A stretch of DNA of 64,000 nt, taken from Bacteroidales bacterium (lineage in GTDB: Bacteria; Bacteroidota; Bacteroidia; Bacteroidales; UBA932). Shown in pieces: positions 57,196-64,000 of this stretch. The notes beneath the pieces are model-generated. The model searched no databases, had not been told where the DNA came from, and was given only the letters and a program-made list of their open reading frames with translations. The position numbers and the translations under genes are program-made. Location of the stretch: the NCBI GenBank assembly GCA_015060325.1, contig SUYQ01000003.1, positions 20,528-84,527 on the forward strand. Reading direction: 5' to 3'. Each line of letters starts with the position of its first letter. Position 1 is the first letter of the stretch.

Positions 57196-58975
57196 GCTGG
57201 ACAAACGCGAGGATCTCACCCTTGGCAACCATGTCGCCCTGCTTGGCGCATACAGCGATTATGCGTCCGTCAACCGCAGGGACGACCTCCTCCATTCCGT
57301 AGTAGGTCTGGACGTGGCCCATGGCGGTGCCGGCAACAACCTTGGTGCCGGCAACAGGCGCCGTCGAGGCGTCGTCCACGTCGATCTGCCAGAGGATCTG
57401 GCCCTTTACAGGAGCCTGGACAGGAACTGCAGACGGGTATTTCCGTACGATCTCATCCACATCGAACTTCGGCATCTCGACCACAGGGCGCTCGATGACA
57501 ATCGGCGCTCCGGCCTTGGCCTTCGCCGCCTCAAGGTCAGCGCGGAAGCGTTCCTTCGCAACGCCGCTCCTGTAGTCACGATACTGCCTCTCGTGCATAG
57601 CGAACTCGAAGAGTTCTTCTTCGTCCTGTCCGACATCCCATCCCTCTTCCTTCATCATTGCGCGGAACCTGTCGAGCTCGTTCGGGAATGCATCCTGCGG
57701 GTTGCCCGTGTAGAACTCGAGACCCTTCTGCTTTGCGAGCTCCACGATCTCCGGTGCGAGCGGGCCCGGAAGGGTTCCCATCTTGCCGAGGATCATGTTC
57801 CAGGTATCCTTGTCGATGGTTGTCCAGCGAGGCTGGCCCTTTAGGATGTTCATGAGGTTCATCAGTGCGGTGTTCTTGACATACTGGCTGAACGGGGTCA
57901 CGAGCGGCGGATAGCCCAAGCGTGGCCATACATATTCAACTTCCTGGAAGAGCATGACCATCAGCTGGTCGAGGCTGAGCTCGGCCTTGCCCTGGGCGCG
58001 GAGCGAAGCGTTGATCGCGCCGTGGAAGCCCTTGAGGTCGGCCATCATCGAGCCCATCATGCCGCCCGGGAGGCCGCAGCCGACCAGGAGCGAGCTCATG
58101 TGCGAGTTGTTAGGGTCGATCCAGTAGCCGAGGAAGTCGTCCATGAACTTCTGGGTCAGCGCCCTGACTTCCATGTAGGCGTTCATGTTCAGGTCTTTGA
58201 CCGTGAAACCGTCGGCCTTGAGCATCTCGCGGATGGTGATCACGTCAGGATGCACCTTGCCCCATGAAAGAGGCTCTACTGCCACGTCGAGGTAGTCGGC
58301 ACCGGCGCGTGCGACCTCGAGCATCGAGGCCGGAGAGAAGCCGGGGCCACAGTGGCCGTGGTACTGTACTGCTATATGCGGATATTTCTTCTTTATCTGC
58401 CTGGTGAGTTCGCCCAGGAAGGTAGGGCGGCCGATGCCTGCCATGTCCTTGAGGCAGATCTCGTCGCAGCCGTATTCAACTACCTTGTCGACCACGCCCA
58501 TGTAGTATTCGACCGTGTGGACCGGAGAGTTGGTGATCGAGAGGGCTACCTGTGAGATCATGCCGCCTTTCTTGGCGTATTCGACGCTGAGGCGGAGATT
58601 GCGGTGGTCATTCAGACCGCAGAACGATCGCGAGATGTCTGTTCCCTGTGCCTTCTTCACCTTGTACATGAGTTCGCGGACATCGGCCGGAACCGGATTC
58701 ATGCGGAGTGCGTTCAGACCGCGTTCGAGCATGTGCGTCTGGATGCCTGCCTTGTGGAAAGGGGCAGTCCATTCACGGACAGCCCTGTTAGGGTTCTCAC
58801 CGAAGAGGAGGTTGACCTGCTCGAATGCACCTCCGTTGGTCTCAACCCTGTCGAAACATCCCATATCGATGATTGCCGGAGCAACTTCCTTCAACTGACT
58901 GACAGTAGGAACATATCGTCCTGATGACTGCCACATGTCCCTGTACACAAGGGAGAATCTGATTTCTTTTGCCAT
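57191..58975 (-). CDS. Pyruvate carboxylase subunit B / oxaloacetate decarboxylase alpha-like carboxyltransferase with biotinyl-like C-terminus
   Basis: RDMWQS, ETNGGA, CLKDMAG, HGHCG, PGGM, PPLVTPFSQ; start reassigned to MAKEIRF. Confidence 0.88.
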   Translation of the reverse strand: MAKEIRFSLVYRDMWQSSGRYVPTVSQLKEVAPAIIDMGCFDRVETNGGAFEQVNLLFGENPNRAVREWTAPFHKAGIQTHMLERGLNALRMNPVPADVRELMYKVKKAQGTDISRSFCGLNDHRNLRLSVEYAKKGGMISQVALSITNSPVHTVEYYMGVVDKVVEYGCDEICLKDMAGIGRPTFLGELTRQIKKKYPHIAVQYHGHCGPGFSPASMLEVARAGADYLDVAVEPLSWGKVHPDVITIREMLKADGFTVKDLNMNAYMEVRALTQKFMDDFLGYWIDPNNSHMSSLLVGCGLPGGMMGSMMADLKGFHGAINASLRAQGKAELSLDQLMVMLFQEVEYVWPRLGYPPLVTPFSQYVKNTALMNLMNILKGQPRWTTIDKDTWNMILGKMGTLPGPLAPEIVELAKQKGLEFYTGNPQDAFPNELDRFRAMMKEEGWDVGQDEEELFEFAMHERQYRDYRSGVAKERFRADLEAAKAKAGAPIVIERPVVEMPKFDVDEIVRKYPSAVPVQAPVKGQILWQIDVDDASTAPVAGTKVVAGTAMGHVQTYYGMEEVVPAVDGRIIAVCAKQGDMVAKGEILAFVQP

Positions 58976-59130
58976 AATAGTTATAATGAGTGCTAACAAA
59001 GTTATGCAAAAGAATCCTGACAACGCAAGGGATATCGTAGAAAATAAGCGTAATATCAGATTATGGGGTCAAATACTTTACTGTGGTCAAAAATTTCACC
59101 ACACAGTATTGCAGGTTTGAAAATTTTACG

Positions 59131-59138
59131 TATCTTTG
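59131..59138 (+). promoter_or_regulatory. -7 box of the tRNA-His gene
   Basis: TATCTTTG about 19 nt upstream of the tRNA. Confidence 0.65.
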
Positions 59139-59156
59139 CAGTCCTTAAACCAACAT

Positions 59157-59231
59157 GGTGCCCATAGTTCAGTTGGTTAGAGCGTCAGATTGTGGTTCTG
59201 AATGTCGTGGGTTCGAATCCCACTGGGCACC
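59157..59231 (+). tRNA. tRNA-His(GUG), G-1 encoded, CCA not encoded
   Basis: Acceptor GTGCCCA/TGGGCAC; anticodon arm TCAGA-TTGTGGT-TCTGA; T arm GTGGG-TTCGAAT-CCCAC; discriminator C. Confidence 0.97.
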
Positions 59232-59236
59232 CTGGA

Positions 59237-59278
59237 AAACTCCTTATGATCGTCCGTTCATAAGGAGTTTCTTTTTTT
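59237..59278 (+). terminator. Intrinsic terminator after tRNA-His
   Basis: AAACTCCTTATGA-N8-TCATAAGGAGTTT followed by a T-run. Confidence 0.9.
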
Positions 59279-59744
59279 CGCGGTTGTTTTGCATTCTGTC
59301 AGACCGTCCGACATTAAAAATGCGAAAAAGTTGCCGGACGGTGCCCAAAATAGGTGTTTTATGTCAGAAATAGGGACCGTCCGACATGAATTTGGGCATT
59401 TTGATGCCGGACGCTTTTCCGGCCGACATGTGAGACCTGTCGGAATACGGTTTTCCGTAGCATCGCTTGGATGAAGCGATATGGATATGCAACCACCTGG
59501 TAGAGTGCGGCTTACCTATAAACAGATTTGCAGATATGCTGGTCGGAATGCAGCTCTACCCCCACGATACCTTTGGGCTCTACTGAGAATCCACGGATGT
59601 TTTGTCCTCCCGTCCATGGTTTTCCACTTTTCATGGACGGCTGCCACATATATCTACACGACGCCTCACTGCCACACCTCCAGAATGCTCCATTGCCTTT
59701 ATTTCGCCTTGTTCAATCGACTTTGTCGATTTCAACCGAGCCCA

Positions 59745-59881
59745 CCCTGTAATTTCTTTCGCCTTACTTAAGCGGAAAGCCGATTGCGACCGAGCCACCT
59801 TCTTGTGTGCCCCTGTCATTTCTTTCGCTGGCGCTCAAGCGGCAAGCCGATTGCGACCGAGCGGAGCGAGTGGAGAAATCT
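59745..59881 (+). repeat. Extended GTCAT...GAGAAATCT element with a 66-bp upstream partial duplicate
   Basis: CCCTGT(A/C)ATTTCTTTCGC...AAGCCGATTGCGACCGAGC at 59745 and 59811. Confidence 0.8.
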
Positions 59882-59891
59882 GGTATGTTGA

Positions 59892-59993
59892 GCGCGGCAC
59901 CGTCGTCGGAATATACGGTTTCCGACGACTACAGCGCAGGCGCTGCGGGGAGCTCGACCCTGAAGGGCTCTCCTCGTGCCTGGCTGTTGCCTT
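59892..59993 (-). ncRNA. Repeated structured element, copy 3 (inverted, more diverged)
   Basis: Reverse complement matches 49081-49181, with stem-preserving changes. Confidence 0.45.
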
Positions 59994-60203
59994 TTAGCCC
60001 ATATATATGTTTGCGCACGTGCTCGAAGGGCGGTTTGGGTTAATGGAAACGGAGTGCTTGGTCATGAAATGCCTCAAACTCGGCCAAGCGGTGTGGATTT
60101 TATGCTGAAAATGCTTTTTTGTAGTACCGCTTGTGCCTAAATCGCTCGAAACTCGTCCAAGCGGTTTACTTTGCTGACTCGGAGTTCTGCGGGGTATCCG
60201 TAA

Positions 60204-60426
60204 AGATCCTTCGCTGCGCTCAGGATGACAGTGGTGACAAAGCTCAGGATGACAGTGGTGACAAGACTCAGGATGACAGTGGTGACAAAGCTCAGGATGA
60301 CAGTGGTGACAAAGCTCAGGATGACAGTGGTGACAAAGCTCAGAATGACAGTGGTGACAAAACTCAGGACGACAGTGGTGACAAAACGCAGGAGGACAGT
60401 GGTGACAAAACGCAGGATGACAGTGG
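60204..60426 (+). repeat. REP-like AGATCCTTCGCTGCGCTCAGGATGACA plus nine 24-bp tandem units
   Basis: (G/A)CTCAGGATGACAGTGGTGACAAA every 24 bp from 60218 to 60410, degrading distally; a related degenerate element at 60441-60498. Confidence 0.95.
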
Positions 60427-60589
60427 GCGGTCTGTGTTCAAGATCCTCACGTCGCGTCACTCCTCAGGAGAACAGAGAATCGGTCAGGAGGACAGTGATA
60501 AAACAGCTGTCCCGTCGGAGAGGAAAGCGTTTGTTGTTCAGGTTTCTGCTTTCCGACCGACGGGGACCGGTATTTTCAAATGTATTATA

Positions 60590-61243
60590 CTACTTCTTCT
60601 CGCCGTAGGCAAGGTCGCCGGCATCGCCGAGACCTGGGACGATGTATGAATGGCTGGTAAGTTCCTCGTCGATGGCGGCCACCCAGAGGGTCACACCCTC
60701 TTCAGGGAGATGTTTCTGCAGATATTCCACTGCATATGCACTTGATATAGGGCATACAAGGTGGGTATGGAAAGGCTGGCCTTCCTCGCAGAGTCTCTTG
60801 TAGGCAATCTCGAGAGAGGCACCTGTAGCAAGCATGGTATCAGCTAGAATCAATGTCTTTCCTGTAAGGTCAGGAGTGCTGGCATACTCGATCTGGATAT
60901 GGAAGTCTTCGCCCTTGTCATACTTTCTGTACGCTGCCACGAATGCATTCTGAGCATCATCAAAATAGTTCAGGATGCCCTGATGGAGAGGAAGACCAGC
61001 CCTGAGGATGGTAGCTACGACGATCTTCTCGTCGTATGTAGGGATCTGAGCGATGCCGAGAGGTGTGACATATGGCTTCACAGAGTTGTCAAGCGTCTTG
61101 CTGATCTCATAGGCGAAGATCTCGCCGAGCCTTTCAAGGTTTCTACGGAATCGCATGCTGTCCTTCTGGACATCCTTGTCACGCATCTGCGCAACGAACT
61201 TGTTCAGGATGGAATTGTTTTCCCCGAGATTGATGACTTTCAT
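60590..61243 (-). CDS. upp: Uracil phosphoribosyltransferase
   Basis: FRRNLERLG, ILRAGL, ADTMLATGAS, YIVPGLGDAGD. Confidence 0.96.
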   Translation of the reverse strand: MKVINLGENNSILNKFVAQMRDKDVQKDSMRFRRNLERLGEIFAYEISKTLDNSVKPYVTPLGIAQIPTYDEKIVVATILRAGLPLHQGILNYFDDAQNAFVAAYRKYDKGEDFHIQIEYASTPDLTGKTLILADTMLATGASLEIAYKRLCEEGQPFHTHLVCPISSAYAVEYLQKHLPEEGVTLWVAAIDEELTSHSYIVPGLGDAGDLAYGEKK

Positions 61244-61293
61244 TTCAGTGTGGTTTAATTATCAAGGCAAATATATCTTTATTTTTCACCACA

Positions 61294-62019
61294 TCAAAAT
61301 TTTTCAGCCACATGACGCATTCTCCCTGATGCATTTCTCTCGACCACCTGCTCATCCGAGAAGCTGTAATAGGCAGCTCCGGCAACTATCACATGGTCTA
61401 TCAGCTGGAGCCCGCAAGAAGAGAGGGCCTTGTGCAGATCCCTTGTCTGATTGATATCCTCGATGCTGGGCATGGCGTTGCCGGAAGGATGGTTATGCAC
61501 AAGGATCAGCGCTGCCGCCTTGCGTTCGATAGCCCGTCGTATCACAACGCGCTTGTCCAGCATCGTAAAGTCCTGTCCGCCAGTAGTCATCCTCTCCTTG
61601 GCAATCAGCTTGTTGGACCTGTTGAGAAACAAGGCCCAGCACTCTTCATGGTCCAGATCCCGCATCAACGGCAGCATGATCCGATAGACTTTCTGCGGAG
61701 AGTCCAGCCGGCAGGCATCCGCCATGCCGGATTCCACAGAAAGCCGGCGCCCGAGCTCGAAGGCTGCAAGCACGGTGACAGCCTTCCCCGGCCCGACTCC
61801 ATCTATCTGACACAGCCGTTCCACGGGCATGGAGGCGAGATCTCCCAGGCGTTCTTCGCACGCCTTGATGATCTCGCGCGCCACGTCCACTACATTCCTC
61901 TTCCCCGTACCGGTCCTCAACAATATGGCCAGCAGCTCCGCATTGGTAAGAGCTCCGGCTCCTCTGTCCAACATCTTTTCGCGTGGACGTTCTTCCTTGC
62001 ACAGTTCCTTTATCTTCAT
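61294..62019 (-). CDS. radC: RadC (JAB-domain) protein
   Basis: ERPREKML, ELLAILLRTG, HNHPSG..PS.ED, LIDHVIV; start reassigned to MKIKEL. Confidence 0.94.
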   Translation of the reverse strand: MKIKELCKEERPREKMLDRGAGALTNAELLAILLRTGTGKRNVVDVAREIIKACEERLGDLASMPVERLCQIDGVGPGKAVTVLAAFELGRRLSVESGMADACRLDSPQKVYRIMLPLMRDLDHEECWALFLNRSNKLIAKERMTTGGQDFTMLDKRVVIRRAIERKAAALILVHNHPSGNAMPSIEDINQTRDLHKALSSCGLQLIDHVIVAGAAYYSFSDEQVVERNASGRMRHVAEKF

Positions 62020-62120
62020 GCGGCAAATATATGACAGATCGCCGCTCCCGTCCATTAATTGTGACGAAAGCGGCGAAGATTTTTCTTTTTTTTAAAATTA
62101 TTTCTTTTTCTTTAACAGAA

Positions 62121-63533
62121 TCAGAGTTCCTTGCGAAGACGGGCCTTAGGAATACCGAGCTGATCGCGATACTTTGCGATGGTACGGCGGGCAACCTTGT
62201 AGCCTTTCTCTGTCATCTTCACCACAAGTTCGTCGTCCGTGAGCGGACGGCGCTTGTCCTCCGTGTCGACACAGTCCTGAAGAGCCTTCTTGAGTTCGCG
62301 GGTCGAAACCTCTTCTCCTTCCGCATTTTCCAGACCTTCCGAGAAGAAATACTTCAGCGAATAGATTCCGAAATGGGTCTCGATGTATTTGCTGTTGACT
62401 ACTCTGGAAATAGTTGAGATGTCAAATCCGGTCTTCTCGGCAATGTCCTTGAGCACCATCGGCTTGAGGTGGGTCTCATCACCGTCGATGAAATATTCCC
62501 TCTGATAGTCCACAATGGCCTGCATCGTATTGGACAGAGTGTTGTGACGCTGCTTGATAGCCTCGACGAACCACTTCGCCGAATCCATCTTCTTCTTCAC
62601 GAAAGCGGCAGCCTCCTTCTTTTCACGCTCCGACGAGTTCGCCGCATCCACCAGAAGTTCCGCGTATTTCCTGTTAACCCTAAGTTCCGGAATAGAGAAG
62701 CGAGGCATGCTGAGCTTGAGTTCCCCGTCAGTGTATTCAAGGACGAAGTCCGGCACTATCTGCTGGGCCTGGTCGTTGTACGAATCATCTATCTGACCTC
62801 CGGGAGAAGGATTGAGCTTGAGGATCTTCGACATGGCAGCCTTCAGCTGTTCCTCCGTAATGTTCAAACGAGTCATGATCTTCTGGAAGTGCTTGCTGGT
62901 GAAGTCATGGAAATAGTTGTTGAGAATCTTGATAGCAAGCTCCACTTCCGGAGTCTTCCTGCAGTGTCTTATCTGCAGGAGCAGGCACTCGCGAAGGTCA
63001 CGTGCCCCGACGCCGGCAGGCTCAAACTCCTGGATTACCTTCAGCATCTCGAGCACCTCGTCCTCGTCCGTTTCGATGTTTGCACGGAAAGAGATGTCAT
63101 CCACCACGCTGTCTATGCTTCGGCGCAGATATCCGTCATCGTCAAGACTGCCTATTATAAAGGAAGCCACCGCATATTGATGCTCGGTCAGCTGGCGATA
63201 GCCAAGCTGTTCCTGCAGACTTTGAGTAAAGCTCTCCTTGACAGAAAAGGTGTTGTACTGCGGGCGTTCATCCTTTGAATAATTGTCCGCTCGCAGTCGG
63301 TAACTCGGTATGTAGTCGTCATCCTTATATTCGGAAAGCGAAACTTCTCTTGGAGCCTCTCCTTCCTCCTCCTTTTCCTTTGGGAGATCCTCGTCCAGGA
63401 CAGGATTCTCCTCCAGTTCCTTACGTATCCTCTGCTCCAGTTCCTGGATCGGAAGCTCGATGAGCTTGATCGTCTGGATCTGCAAAGGAGACAGCTTCTG
63501 GGTCTGCTTGAGTTCAAGTCCTTGCTTTAGCAT
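62121..63533 (-). CDS. rpoN: RNA polymerase sigma-54 factor
   Basis: Q/L-rich region I, PAGVGARDLRECL, ISTISRVVNSKY, RpoN box ARRTIAKYR. Confidence 0.96.
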   Translation of the reverse strand: MLKQGLELKQTQKLSPLQIQTIKLIELPIQELEQRIRKELEENPVLDEDLPKEKEEEGEAPREVSLSEYKDDDYIPSYRLRADNYSKDERPQYNTFSVKESFTQSLQEQLGYRQLTEHQYAVASFIIGSLDDDGYLRRSIDSVVDDISFRANIETDEDEVLEMLKVIQEFEPAGVGARDLRECLLLQIRHCRKTPEVELAIKILNNYFHDFTSKHFQKIMTRLNITEEQLKAAMSKILKLNPSPGGQIDDSYNDQAQQIVPDFVLEYTDGELKLSMPRFSIPELRVNRKYAELLVDAANSSEREKKEAAAFVKKKMDSAKWFVEAIKQRHNTLSNTMQAIVDYQREYFIDGDETHLKPMVLKDIAEKTGFDISTISRVVNSKYIETHFGIYSLKYFFSEGLENAEGEEVSTRELKKALQDCVDTEDKRRPLTDDELVVKMTEKGYKVARRTIAKYRDQLGIPKARLRKEL

Positions 63534-63563
63534 ACACTACTGATTGAATGAATAAATATAAGA

Positions 63564-64000
63564 CTAGCGTGTCGACATGTCTTCCGGCAATGCCAGAGGG
63601 CGCAACACCTTAACTGTATCTATTTCATATGTAAAGTCCTGGTCCAGCACAGGATAACATATATTTTCCTTCACAACAAAGGCGCTTGGAAAATCTTTCT
63701 TGATCTGTCCCAGCAGCGCCATGGCTTCAGACTTTGTCCTGCAGTCACCTACAGTCACCTTGAAGTAAGGATTGGAGTAAGTTCTATATGCCGGCACACC
63801 TCTGTACATCTCAGTGAATCTTGCCATAGTCTTCTCGGATTCAACTTTCGCCGACTGCTTGTTGTCGAAGAATATCCTGACCCTGAATCCGGCAATCGCA
63901 CGGGAAGGATTTGACTTTATATATTCATTCATCGAACCCGCAAGTTCGGCAGACTGTCTGACATTAAGATCAAAGACTCTCTTTCCGACATATGCCGTAT
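63564..64000 (-). CDS. SPOR-domain protein, C-terminal part (start outside the window)
   Basis: Frame open from the window end; GFRVRIF..YFKVTVGDCRTKSEA SPOR motif. Confidence 0.75.
   Translation of the reverse strand, partial: TAYVGKRVFDLNVRQSAELAGSMNEYIKSNPSRAIAGFRVRIFFDNKQSAKVESEKTMARFTEMYRGVPAYRTYSNPYFKVTVGDCRTKSEAMALLGQIKKDFPSAFVVKENICYPVLDQDFTYEIDTVKVLRPLALPEDMSTR

Noticed and set aside
59460-60043. Short ORFs downstream of tRNA-His as genes
   Set aside because: They overlap palindromic elements in several frames, have no motifs and no consistent start signals.
60204-60426. CRISPR or TIGR-like guide array (also 23827, 57095)
   Set aside because: Units are copies of one sequence with point decay and no variable spacers; no Cas or Nop-domain protein nearby.
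59157-60590. Prophage or ICE integrated at tRNA-His
   Set aside because: No integrase, no phage or conjugation genes, and I found no duplicate of the tRNA 3' end in the window.
61294-62019. radC as a marker of a mobile element
   Set aside because: Full-length form with N-terminal HhH region, located between rpoN and upp, which is the ordinary chromosomal type.

Overview
Chromosomal window from a Bacteroidales-type bacterium (inferred from TAnnTTTG -7 promoter boxes, lack of SD sequences, and gene content). About 1-47.5 kb is mostly housekeeping: gyrA, a Clp ATPase, phoH, rsmD, buk-ptb-ackA, comEC, apbE, ftsK, an AddAB-like pair, manA, pgi and purC. About 47.5-60.6 kb is an accessory, repeat-rich patch with no integrase or phage genes. 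It holds a Hef/Mom-like GNAT gene carrying two in-frame palindrome-derived arrays, an Rpn-family nuclease inside a diverged segmental duplication, an orphan internally deleted nuclease fragment, a 51-aa sORF plus an AT-rich fimbrillin-like lipoprotein separated by a single in-frame UGA from a GC-rich Fn3/endonuclease module, a second endonuclease, tRNA-His, and several families of palindromic elements. The GTCAT-tagged elements are always amplified on one side only. Best candidates for new biology: (1) a pilin-borne nuclease module with readthrough or cassette swapping; (2) polar amplification of tagged palindromes, including inside a protein; (3) a thrice-repeated four-way-junction element; (4) a triplicated udp leader containing an anti-start-codon strand. 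All family assignments come from motif recognition by eye; no database searches were run.
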